Shown here one piece after another: positions 39,615 to 51,734 of a DNA stretch of 64,000 nt. The position numbers and the translations under genes were made by a program. Numbering within the stretch: the first letter of the stretch is position 1; each line of letters starts with the position of its first letter. The stretch is from Eledone cirrhosa. Its lineage: Eukaryota. Location of the stretch: positions 6,758,001-6,822,000 of the forward strand of contig OZ024762.1 of NCBI GenBank assembly GCA_964016885.1, read 5' to 3'. The notes beneath the pieces are model-generated. The model ran no database searches, was not told the DNA's origin, and saw nothing but the letters and a program-made list of their open reading frames with translations.

Positions 39615-39620
39615 ATATTG
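38465..39620. repeat. ~50-56-bp (GT)(TA) minisatellite anchored by ataaat(c/t)tatatgcc
   Basis: Direct reading. Confidence 0.93.
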
Positions 39621-39672
39621 TCCCACCCTTGCAAGCAGGGAAAAGCAGACGTATGATGATGATGATGATGAT

Positions 39673-39707
<35 letters not shown>

Positions 39708-39859
39708 AGTGCGTGTGTATATATATGTGCGTGTGTATATATGTGTGTGTGTGTATATGTGTTTGTGTATACACACACACATATATAAAGGTGTATATGT
39801 GTGTGTATATATATATATATATAGACACATATATGTGTTTGTCTGTACACACACACATA

Positions 39860-39914
<55 letters not shown>

Positions 39915-39954
39915 CTATATATGTGTTTGTGTGTACACACACACATATATAAAG

Positions 39955-39989
<35 letters not shown>

Positions 39990-40206
39990 CAGACACTTAT
40001 ATATGTGTTTGTGTGTATGTATAAATATATATATTAGCAGAGATAGAGATGAAGGAAGAGACTCGTTCATCTGTTTTAAGTGTGTGTGTGGGTGGGGGAG
40101 TGTTCTAATGTCTTTCATATTACATGGAGAGGCTGAAACAGCAATAATGATACATATATTCTACATTAACAAATGGTCATGTGTGTATATATATATATAT
40201 ATATAG

Positions 40207-40256
<50 letters not shown>

Positions 40257-40351
40257 ATATATATACATTTTAATATATATATGTATAAATATATATTATA
40301 TAAATACATATAAATATATGAATACACATATATACATGTATATATATGTAC

Positions 40352-40395
<44 letters not shown>

Positions 40396-40580
40396 TTATA
40401 TATATATATATATATATATATGTGTATATTTATATATATATATATATATATGTATATTTATATATATATATATATATATATGTACGTGTATATATATATA
40501 TATATATATATTCATAAATAAATACATGCTAGTGTGGAAGATGGATGTTAAACAATAATGAAGATGATGCTATATATATA

Positions 40581-40652
<72 letters not shown>

Positions 40653-41199
40653 TACACACATATATGCATATGTATATACATACATATACATATAGATATA
40701 TTTATATATGTATATAGTTGACTGATGAGAGAAAAGAGTACTTAATACCAAAGTGGAGTTTAAATATTGATTTATTATGGCTAAATAATGAGTCTTATTA
40801 CTCTGGAATTTCACCTGCCCACTTACAGGATCGTCAGCTATAGCTCTTGTCTTGATATATATATATATATTAGAGAGGCAGAGAGATAGAGAGAGAGAGA
40901 TAGATAGATAGAGAGAGAGAGAGGCAGATAGATAGATAAATATATAGAGAGAGAGAGAGTGGCAGACACAGAGAGAGAGAGAGCGAGAGAGAAAGAGGCA
41001 GACAGAGAGAGAGGTAAAATCCTGACCACGACACTAAACAGTTTCGGCTTGTCCCAGCACCGCAGACCCACATGCATACACTCTCTCTTTCTGTATGTAT
41101 ATATGTATATATATATATATATGAGAGATGACCCCTTAGCCTTTGTCAAGGCAGAATTCTAGGAGAAGGAAAACTCTGATATAATACCTGCAACCCTGA

Positions 41200-41532
41200 T
41201 GGTATCCAATGATGTTGACTTGTTCTTCTTTTTGGTAAATATCATCTTGGTTAAGAGAGTGGGACTGGCTTTGTGCAGTGCCTTTGCTCACTATAAAAGC
41301 TTCACGGCACAGGCATTGCTTTATATCTGGAGATCTCTCTGCACTTGTCGTCACATGGTACCATGGGCCCAGCACTATGTGTCAATAATTGTCACAGGTG
41401 TAGTGTTTGTACCAGAGTTTTCAAGTCGCTGGCTGGACTAAAAAGTCACTCGTTCAGCGCATCGGTAGGGGTTCTCCTACATGGATATAAAGTAGTGGCC
41501 GTACTCGAAAACGAGTTGGCAGCCACCACCAT
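41200..41532 (+). mobile_element. Decayed LINE 3' end with C2H2-like finger (RTE-like)
   Basis: HRCSVCTRVFKSLAGLKSH; 3' end resembles 45370-45415. Confidence 0.6.
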
Positions 41533-41559
41533 ATATATATATATATATATCATCATATA

Positions 41560-41713
41560 CGCCATGCTTTCCAACATAGTTACGTCCCTTTACGATCTGA
41601 GTTCAAATCCCGCCGAGGTTGACTTTGCCTTTCATCCTTACGGGGTCGATAAAATAAAGTACCAGTAATGCACTGGGTAATTGCTGGCCTTGTGCCTAAA
41701 GTAGAAACAATTA
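41560..41713 (+). mobile_element. SINE family B, 5' truncated
   Basis: Matches family B consensus. Confidence 0.88.
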
Positions 41714-42289
41714 TACATACAAGCATACAAACATCACATAAATACACACATTATATATATATATATATATATATATGCCCACCATTTTTTAAATTTCCCT
41801 CCTAAAGTTGTATATCAATAGTCATTGTCTAGATACTGTTCCTCACCAAATAAATTTTCTTTCAATCTTATCAAAGATCTTGTATTGGCCCAACACAGCG
41901 CCCACATCAGACACCACACCCAGCTGAAACTCAACACCACACCCTACCATTTCCTGCTCATTTCATGCACAAATTCAGCATTTACAGATGCACACATTCA
42001 AAATCCCCTACCAACACCACAACTTCATAGATACCATTTCATAAACTGAAATACAAGTTATTAGGGCGTTGAATTTAATGCTTTTGTATTTGTTTTTGCC
42101 CTCTGTACTCTGAGTTCAAATCTCACCAAGGTCTGTGTTTTGTACCCTCTTCAGGTCGATATAGTACCCATCCTCTGAGCAGGGCCATACTTTCACCTGT
42201 TGAGGCCCTAAGCTATATTAAATTTGAGGTCCTTCTTTAAAAAAATTTTTTTAAATAATTTTTAATAATTATACATCATTATTATTTGT

Positions 42290-42570
42290 GAATTGGCAGT
42301 ATCAGTAGAGGGTTGGACGCCATGCTTTCTAGCATAGTTACGTCCCTTTACGGTTTGAGTTCAAATCCCGTCAAGGTTAACTTTGCCTTTCATCCTTACG
42401 GGGTCGATAAAATAAAGTACCAGTAATACACTGGGTAATTGCTGGCCTTGTGCCTAAAGTAGAAACAATTATTATTTACGTCCCTTTCATCCTTCCGGGA
42501 TCGATAAAATAAAGTACCAGTAATACACTGGGATAATTGCTGGCCTTGTGCCAAAAAGTAGAAACAATTA
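42290..42570 (+). mobile_element. SINE family B plus tandem 3' half
   Basis: Full copy, then a repeat of cctttcatcc...gtagaaacaatt. Confidence 0.88.
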
Positions 42571-44739
42571 ACCTAAGCTATAGGTTATTTAGTTTATAGG
42601 TGAGTCCAGTACTACTGCCTTTGAGGTTAATGTTGATTCTCTGTGCCCTATAAATATTCCATGGAAATTGTTCTGATGAGCTTTCCCCTTTGTTACCTTA
42701 TGAGTTTAAACAGAGCAGCAAATTGGCAGATCACATCCTTTCACAGTTGAACTTCCTAACTGGAATCCCAAATTCTATTCTCATAGTTTCTTCCCTCTCA
42801 CGTCTCACCTATAGAATTCTCTTCCAGTGTATTGCTTTCCTCACCATTACAATTTGCAAAAAATTTAAAAGCAACATCAATCATCATCAGCTCTCCCTCC
42901 TTGAATTATGTTTTCTCTGTCTTGCCCTTCTCCCTTCTCGGTAACTCCTTGCATTTTAGTGGCTTTATTGCCTTGCTTTGGGGTGATTAAATTTTTAAAA
43001 AGTAATAATAGAGTACCAGTCCAGTACTGGGATCAATTCTTCCAAGGAAGTTAAGTTTGCATTTCATCCACTTGAGGCTTGAAAGTACTGGGGTCAATTC
43101 TTCCTTTGGAGTCAAGTTTGTATTTCATCCCCTCAAAGTCACTTAACTCTAGTGTCAGTCCAGTACTGGGGGGGTTCTTCCTCAACCTCTTATTTATCAC
43201 TTTCTCTCTCTCTCACTCACTCGTTCTATCTCCCTTTCTTTCTCTGGAATAAACTGGACTCTGCCAGGTTTAAAATGCCCAGGTTGGTGTCCCTACAACT
43301 CCATTGGGTGGGTTGGTACCAAAAGTGTTAAATGATGGATCTGTGTGTGTGCGTGTGTGTTTGTGTGTGTGTGTATGAATATGTGTGTTTGTGTGTGCAT
43401 GTATACATTTGTTGGGCATATGTATGTGTTTGTATAAGTATGTGTGCATGCTTTGGGACTTATGTATGAGTCTGTAAGCGTGAGTGTGTATGTTTTGCGA
43501 TGTGTGTATAAGCATGAGTTGGGTATGTGTTTGTTTGTCTGTGTGTGTGCAGGCTTTTGGATATTAGTGTGCATGTATGCACATGCATTTGTGCCTGACT
43601 GCATGCATTTGTTTGAGAGCATGTGAGAATGCATTTGTGAATTAGTGCATGTGCACATACTTATGCATGAGTGCGTACACATGCAATTAGATATGGATAC
43701 ATGTGTTTGCACATAAGTGGCATATGGCGTACATTTGTGCATGTGTGTGTGTGTGTTTGTGTAAAACAGTTTGTGTACATATGTACATAAATAAATATGT
43801 GTGTGTGTATATGTGTGTGTAAAAGAGTTTATGTACAAACATACATGCATAAATGAGTATGTGTGCGTGTATAAAAGAATGTGTTTACATACATACATAA
43901 ATGTGTGTGTGTGTTTGTGTGTGCGCGTGTACATATATATATATAAATGAGTATGCGTATGTGTAAAAGAGTGCATACATACATGCATAAAAGTGTGTGT
44001 GTACTTTGCATGAGTGTGTGAGTGAGTGTGGAAAAGTGTGTGTGTATTAGAGAGAGAGAGTGGTGAAGGAGCTTGGCTTAGTGGTTAGGGTGTTAACCTC
44101 ACAATCATAAAGTTTGACTTCCGATGGCACATTGTGGCCTTGAGCAAGACACTTTATTTCCCAGGCCTCTCAGTTAGGGAAAAGACTGAGTTGTACCAGT
44201 AATTTAATAGGTTGATGGGTTTTAAAGATGGTAGCTTAGTTTTTGCAGCTGACACAACCTCACAGATATATAAAAAATATATGTAAAATATGTATGTATG
44301 TATGTATGTATATATGTGTGTGTGTATGCACATATATATATATGTGTGCGTGTGTGTGTGTGTGTGTGTCTAAACATATACGCACATATTTATATGTATG
44401 TATGTCAAACCTGTTAACTCTCCCCGTTTTGAGGCTCTTTTTTCATGGAATTCCCTATTTGGGTTTTTAGAGGTTGGCAGGTCTGGTTTGTATGTATGTG
44501 TATACATGTATGTATATATGTATTATACATGTATGTATATATGTATTGTATCAAGCAATATCTTCACATTTGCTGCTGCTGCTATTACTAAATATGAGAA
44601 GAGAAGGGACCACAGGTTTTCAACAAGAATGTTTTATATACAAGATATTACAACAACAACAACAAGAAGCTAAAACAGGCGTTACCCCACCCCATCTTAC
44701 ATACATTATAACAACAATTATAATGTATGTCCAAGGGCA

Positions 44740-44927
44740 GTGGATTGGCAGTATCGGTAGAGGGTCGGACGCCATGCTTTCCAGCATAGAGTTACGGCCC
44801 TTTACGATCTGAGTCCAAATCCTGCCGGGGTTGACTTTGCATTTCATCCTTACGGGGTCGATAAAATAAAAGTACCAGTAATGCACTGGGTAATTGCTGG
44901 CCTTGTGCCTAAAGTAGAAACAATTAG
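44740..44927 (+). mobile_element. SINE family B copy
   Basis: Matches family B consensus. Confidence 0.9.
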
Positions 44928-44964
44928 TTTCAACAACAGTTTTAAGGCCATTTCGATCTAAAAG

Positions 44965-45415
44965 CAGGGGTCAAGATAACTGGGAAGACATTGCTTTAGA
45001 TCGATCATCTTTGAGGAAAACAGTAGGGTCGAAGTATACATGATATTACTTTATCTGAATTCTCAGGGGCTCAAAACAACTTTATGTGCAATGAGTGCGG
45101 CTGGATTTTCCTCAGCAAAGTTGGTCTTAGAACTTATCATAGAAGCCATGTACAAAATGTTGCTGATTATGGTCTCTTTTTTTCTAATGGACGTGTGGAA
45201 AACAATGTGTCTCGGCCAGTGGACCCCAAAGCCATTTGAAAACTCACCAAAACAAAACAGGAAACCAATGAGGAAGTAATGTTCATCACTGCAGCATATC
45301 CAAAAAGGAATGTAAATCCTTTGCAGGGCTAATAAGTCATGTTTGTGCCACCCATGTGTGAGAGGGGGATCAGGTGGTGCCAATTCTTGAAATAGAGAGA
45401 CAGCCATCATATTGA
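44965..45415 (+). mobile_element. Decayed RTE-like LINE C-terminus with about three C2H2 fingers
   Basis: DNWEDIALDRSSLRKTV; FMCNECGWIFLSKVGLRTYHRSH; CGKQCVSASGPQSHLKTH; KECKSFAGLISH, spread over frameshifts. Confidence 0.72.
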
Positions 45416-45429
45416 TATATATGTACATA

Positions 45430-45870
45430 ATCATCATTTTACGTCCGCTTTTCCCTGCTTGCAAGGGTTGGACAGGTCCTATTCAGCACAGCATCTCTCC
45501 ACTTGTCACGTACCTTTGTCATCTCCTCGGTGACTTTCAGTCACCTGAGGTCTGCTCTCACCACCTCCGCCCATGTTTTTCGTGGTCTACCTCTACTGCA
45601 TCTTCCTTCTACTGGGATTTCTTGGCACTTCTTCACCCAACGGTCATCTTCCATGCACATCATATGTCCATACCATCTCAGCCTTCTCTCTTGCACACCA
45701 CAACTGATCCCTCTTATACTCAGTTTCTTTCTCAACTCGTCTATGCTTGGTTGTTCACGCACATTTACATTGCACATCCAACGGAGCATACTTGCTTCAT
45801 TTCTCTCCAGCTGTCACTTATCTTCTGCAGTTGCTGCCATGTCTCATTACCATGCTGCATCGCGCATCTC
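45430..45870 (-). mobile_element. RTE subfamily 2 3' end with tail B
   Basis: MLRWMCNV...LRWYGH...GRPRKTWAEVVRADL. Confidence 0.92.
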
Positions 45871-46429
45871 ACACATATATATATGTATACACATACATTC
45901 TATATATACATGTATGTGTGAATGTACACCAATTGATCTCATATACAGACAACAGAGAAACAGATTCTTTTTTTTAACTCTTAACATTGTGTAATGATTT
46001 AAAATAAAATATTTAAAAAGCAAGCTTTTTAATTCAAATATTTATAGTATCTTTACTAGAGATGATCATTGTAAAAATTTATAGTCAGTGTTGTTTCTAC
46101 TTTTCTAGAATGTCTTGCTAATGTCCTTTGTTAAGTCAAATGTTTATAGTATCTTTACTTGTGGAGAGATAATTGTGAAAATTTGTAGTATTAGATAAAA
46201 AAAAAACTTTCATTTTTATTGTGATGCAGTCATAGCGCAGTTTTCTACTTTTCTAGAATGTCTTGCTAATTGGTTTCATGTGGTACAGGATGTTAAGAGT
46301 TAATGAAGACCAAAGAGATGGCAACTGAAGACAGGTAAAAATTACAGAAGGTTGAGGTAGGTGATAAGTTAAAGGAATATAAGCAAAATATCATTACCTT
46401 GGCCACTGCTTTCAACATCTTACCCACTA

Positions 46430-46705
46430 TGGGGTGCATCTGAGATATACCACCCAGTTGAATGGCTGATATAGCGGGTATCACTGGCTGGCTCTTCTCT
46501 GTGGCACTGCTATCGCAGTCTTGTTTGCCATGGAGCACAACTGAGATAGACCACCCAGCCAAGGTTTATAGAGTTTGTCCTATGAGGGCTAAAGGTTGAT
46601 GTAACAGGTATCACTGGCTGTTCTCTGGCACTGCTATCGCAGCCTTGTCTGCCATGGGACACAGCTAAGATATACCACCCAGTTAATAGTTATAGTTTGT
46701 CCCTT
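46430..46705. repeat. Degenerate ~130-bp direct repeat
   Basis: ggtatcactggctg...ggcactgctatcgcag...accacccag twice. Confidence 0.8.
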
Positions 46706-47194
46706 CTCTATTTACCAACCCTGTTTTTTCTCTCTCTTCTTGTTTCTAAATATATATACAAAAGAAGGAGTAGCAGATTAAGATCAGAAAGAAGAGGAGG
46801 CACAAAAGAGAACAGATAGTCATTGAGGTCACAGAATGTGTGAGAAAAGAACTTTGACGAACTAATGAATAATTAGTAATAGAGATAAAGTGAAAAAGTA
46901 AAAATTATATGGTATGGGTGTTTCTTTTTATTGGCAATACTGGCAACATGGCCATCCCTAAATATAACAATAACGGCTTCAAAACACATAAGGAACCTTG
47001 TAAAAGAATTACATAAATATATATATACAAAGTGTGTCAAAATAATCATCTGATTGCAAAAGGTTATATTTTTTAAACAAATGAACATATAATCATGCAG
47101 AAACTTGTACAATATAATAAAGGGAGTGCTGGACTGTGTCCTGAATATATCTTTTTAGCCCGTTTGTAAAATAAGTTGGATTACTTTGAATAAA

Positions 47195-47376
47195 TAATTG
47201 TTTCTACTTTAGGCACAAGGCCAGCAATTACCCAGTGCATTACTGGTACTTTATTTTATCGACCCCGTAAGGATGAAAGGCAAAGTCAACCTCGGCGGGA
47301 TTTGAACTCAGATCGTAAAGGGACGTAACTATGCTGGAAAGCATGGCGTCCGACCCTCTACCGATACTGCCAATCC
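47195..47376 (-). mobile_element. SINE family B copy (young)
   Basis: Close reverse complement of 44740-44927. Confidence 0.9.
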
Positions 47377-47814
47377 TAATGAATGAATATTACATAATTT
47401 ATGTACTAAATTTCATAACTCTTGATTAATATAAATAATTTTATTGCTTATTTCAAGATTCACTTCTTTTAAAATTTTCAAATGTCAATACTTCCAGTTA
47501 TGATATAATGGACTCTATATTATATCGCTTTTATAAATCTTCATATATTTGCATTGTTATTTTCATTTTCATAAAATTTTGCCGTAATGCAGTTTATATA
47601 TAATATCGTCTTTTTTAAAATATATCATAGATTACTTTACTGATTACAGAAGACAGTGTAACACAGTCTCTCTTCAATTTATGTGCATATTCTCAATTAC
47701 GATTTTATTTGACGTATCATATCTACATGCATATATATTTGCATATAATAACAATATGCACACTACACATGCTAGCTGAAAACCACCCAAAGGATGGTTT
47801 TCTGCTAGTACAAT

Positions 47815-47949
47815 ATAAGGTTTTATTTACAATTTCTACAAATGCTCAATATGCCCTCCTCTGAACAGATGAGATACCTCTACATGATAGTCAAACTCAT
47901 CCCTTACTCAAGTGAGTTTGTCTAATGAATCTATTTGGTACACCCTGTA
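47815..47949 (-). mobile_element. Tc1/mariner deletion derivative
   Basis: Terminus TA-cagggtg on minus; VRDEFDYHVEVSHLFRGGHIEHL* resembles a transposase C-terminus. Confidence 0.65.
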
Positions 47950-48072
47950 TATATAAAGATTTATATACAATACCTGACCCAGAATATACAGAAATACCTC
48001 AGTTCTTCATCCCATATACTTTTTCTCACTTTCAGCACCACATCGTTATAAATAAACAAAAGAACATTTTTC

Positions 48073-48125
48073 ACTTACCTAAAATTGAAAACAGAAAAAC
48101 AAAACCATTATTGAATAAATAAAAA
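48073..48125 (-). promoter_or_regulatory. Candidate recursive splice site (3'ss immediately followed by 5'ss)
   Basis: Minus strand ttttgtttttctgttttcaattttAG|GTAAGT; no other AG for ~110 nt upstream. Confidence 0.6.
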
Positions 48126-48373
48126 AATAGTTATTGATCAGGTAATAACATTAACAAATAAAACAAAATCATTTTTAAATTTGATAAATCTTTTGAAGAA
48201 TTTTCTTTTTTCTCAAAAAAAAAAAAAGAAAAAAAGATAGACAAGATCCCAGACCTCATTTACCAAGTGAAGTGGAACTTGTCATATCTGACCAGGGAAA
48301 CAATGTTTCTCTGTTTTTTAGCCTCTTGGATTGTTTTTGTCATTATTCCTTTATCATATAACTTTTATGCAAT

Positions 48374-48436
48374 AAACACCTGATGATGTCACCGGGATCT
48401 TACGGAACTTGGTCACTGAAATGTACATAGTTTTTG
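48374..48436 (+). ncRNA. Minimal type I hammerhead-like motif in a probable Penelope pseudo-LTR
   Basis: aaacac-CTGATGA-hairpin-GAAA with palindromic atgtacat, then a, gttttt; aataaa follows. Confidence 0.55.
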
Positions 48437-48648
48437 CTATAATAAATCTTTGAAGGAATTTCACCAGTCCGGCCTCCTGTGATTTTACTCAATGATAATT
48501 AACTCCGTTCTCGCACCACCAACAAGATTCAACATCGAAGATGGATGAGTTGCATAACGTTGAGTGCTTTTCCTAATATTACATCATGGTTGACTATACA
48601 GAATGACCAGTTCTATCCAGTGGTGAACCAACAAACCTACATGAATGA

Positions 48649-48680
<32 letters not shown>

Positions 48681-48833
48681 ATATATATTTTTTGATACCC
48701 AGATTCCTGATGATTTCTAAAGAATGAAACAGTTCTAGTCCTGTAGAATCTCATCTATATTAAAACTTTTATACTCTGCAATGTATTGAGTACCTTACTT
48801 ACTGTGGTTACCTCCGATTCAACCCGGAATAAC

Positions 48834-48894
<61 letters not shown>

Positions 48895-50119
48895 GCTAAA
48901 TCATTACAGGATGTTAAATGGAAATATAGGTGGTTTTTAGGCAGCTTGGTATTGAAAGGGTTAAAAAGTGAGAAGAAATTGTGGATTTTATGTGGAATTT
49001 GCAAGTGATGAATAGAAACTGTTGCCATGGATACAGAGGTAGGAGAACAACAGCAACAGTAGGTAGACAGTAAATGTTTGAAATTTCTGATAAAGATAAA
49101 TTGGTTAGTTAAGTTGACATAGAAGAGAGAGAGAGAGAGAGAGAACAAAAGAGAGAGAGGGTCAGAGAGGGAAAGATATAGAAAGTAGGGAGGGAGAGGG
49201 AGAGGGTGAGATGAATTGGACACAGAGGAGAAGGGAAAAGACAAAGAGTGGTGGTGATGGTGGTGGTGGTGATGGCGGTGGTGATGATTGTGGTGGTGAT
49301 GGTGATGGTGGTGATTGTGGTGGTGGTGATGGTGGTGTTGGTGGTGATGGTGATGGTGGTGATGATGACTGTGGTGTTGGTGGTGATGATGATATCCTTA
49401 TTAACCCCATGGGTTTTAACATAGTAAACATAAAAAGAGGGGTTACAATCCCAGGGTAGCTGGACAAAGTTATATAAGGGTAACAATATTATACAATATC
49501 CTTACTTGATATGATAAAAACATTTAGGGTTAACCACACACAAGTGAAAACCTACTAGTTTAACTGAATCAGAACACCCCCAACGCCTTCTCCATTCTGC
49601 CTGCCGGGGCTATGGGGCAGCCAACACGTGGGACCCCATTTGATCACTACCCAGAGAGATGGGGGTGATGACAGTGGGAGTTCCTAGTTCGGACACATTA
49701 CACCCGTCATGTGGATCATGTCAGTTAACCATGAATGTGAAATGAAATTACATTCAAGAGAATTGATTCACGGTGGATTAATGTTTTGTGTCCCAGTACA
49801 TGACTGGTACTATATTAATATGTATCAAGCTCGTTACCAGGACGAGTTATTACATTGATAACATCTGTAATATGTTTGTTTTACATCAATTTATTTGCTT
49901 AGTCCTCTTCATCCTTCATGCATTATATCTCTGCTCTTTTTAATTTAAGCTCAATAGATTCTGATTTAAGACCACCGTGTTTAAATGGTAGGTACCCCCA
50001 GTCCTATCATGGAAAGCAATTGGTAATAAAATGTCCTCTTGAAGAACTCAACCCACTGCCCAGTCCAGGAATGAAGCCCATGGCCTTATGATTGTGAGTC
50101 CGACACACTAAAAGAATCA

Positions 50120-50730
50120 ATCGACAAAATCCCAGACCTCATTAGCTTACCAAGTAGAGTGGAACTCATCAAATCTGACCAAGGAAACAATGTTTTGTCT
50201 TCTCCATTGCTGATACTATTTCCCAGTCAATGTGTGTGAACGACCAAGCATAGATGAGTTGAGAGAGAAACTGTGTATAAGAGGGATAAGTTGTAGTGTG
50301 TGGGAGAGAAGACTGCGTTGGTATGGACAGGTGATGTGCATGGAGGATGACCGCTGGGTAAAGAAGTGCCAAGAAATCCCAGTAGAAGGAAGATGTGGTA
50401 GAGGAAGACGTGGTAGAGGAAGACGTGGTAGAGGAAGACCACGAAAACCATGGACGGAGGTGGTGAGAGCTGACCTCAGATCACTGAAGCTCACGGAGGA
50501 GATGACGAAGGACCGTGACGAATGGAGAGATGCTGTGCTGAATAGGACCCCGTCCCACCCTTGCAAGCAGGGAAAAGCGGACGTAAAATGATGATGATGA
50601 ACTGACAGAAAGAGCAATGTGAAATGAAGTGTCTTGCTCAAGGACATAACACATCGGCCAGTCCAGGAATCAAACTTTCAAACTCACTATTGCGGATTCA
50701 ATTCTCTAACCACTAAGCCACACGCCTCCA
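50120..50730 (-). mobile_element. SINE family C split by an RTE insertion
   Basis: 3' part 50120-50228, head part 50600-50730. Confidence 0.82.
50229..50600 (+). mobile_element. RTE subfamily 2 3' fragment with 15-bp internal triplication and tail B
   Basis: RLRWYGQVMCMEDDRWVKKC, (gtggtagaggaagac)x3, (gat) tail. Confidence 0.92.
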
Positions 50731-50744
50731 CAACACACCACACG

Positions 50745-50930
50745 GTGGATTGGCAGTATCGGTAGAGGGTCGGATGCCATGCTTTCCATCATAGTTACGT
50801 CCCTTAACGATCTGAGTTCAAATCCCGCTGAGGTTGACTTTGCCTTTCATCCTTACGGGGTCGATAAAATAAAGTACCAGTAATACAGTGGAATAATTGC
50901 TGGCCTTGTGCCAAAAAGGAGAAACAATTA
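50745..50930 (+). mobile_element. SINE family B copy
   Basis: Matches family B consensus. Confidence 0.88.
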
Positions 50931-51139
50931 TGAGATGTGGCATTACATCAGCAACAACACAAGATGATGACATCAACAATAGGTGTTTATTATAAGATTC
51001 ATCCAATTAAGTGAGATTAATAATTACATAACATTGTATTTAGACAAAGATTTGATACGGGTCGAATTCAACTTAATCTTTTCAATTCTCCCACCCACAA
51101 TACAATCCTTTCATTTCCATCCTACATACTACCACTATA

Positions 51140-51336
51140 CGAGGGTTGGCTGAAAAGTTGAAGAGTGACTATGAAGGAGTGATGTTAGAGCTGTGAAATC
51201 TTGCAAGCATTAATTTCAACTCTTCTTCTTAATAACTGAATTGTTTCTTTATTGGCACTATGTTGAAGCATAAACCACATTTGGTCATTCCATGAGAGTA
51301 TCTTGGTCAGCCTATGAATTTTTCAACCAACCCTCG
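51140..51336. mobile_element. Mariner-type MITE
   Basis: TA on both flanks; TIR cgagggttggctgaaaagtt / aatttttcaaccaaccctcg. Confidence 0.88.
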
Positions 51337-51734
51337 TATTCTCAGGTTAGGTTTTTGCCTGTTACCATGTAACCAGGTACAACCTGCTTCATAGTCGAGT
51401 GGTCGGTGACTAAACTAGCTCCCCCACCAGACCTTGGTCAGGTGACGAGGATAAGTGGAGCCCCAGCAGCACAAAAAGACAAGACCTGTTAAAAGGGTGG
51501 ATTAACTCCTCAGAATCAACGGCCATCCACCCCAACTATGGGTTAAATAGCCTCACCAACCTGCATTTGACCAACCATGGTGAGTCCAGCTAAACCCCTA
51601 AAGACATGACTAACACCAAATAGAAAGCGGTGGAGGTCAACTAGGGAGGGGTTCTTCCATCAGGAGTAAGAAGGTCCTGGATTCGATTGGATACCACCAC
51701 TAACTTACTTATCATTACCTTCTGTAGCCAAAAG

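Noticed and set aside
41010-41075. Minus-strand ...gccgaaactg hammerhead-like segment
   Set aside because: The upstream core reads ctgcggt, not CTGANGA
51345-51715. Possible LINE 5'UTR or unique regulatory island
   Set aside because: Only a vague resemblance; no ORF or second copy in the window to support a call
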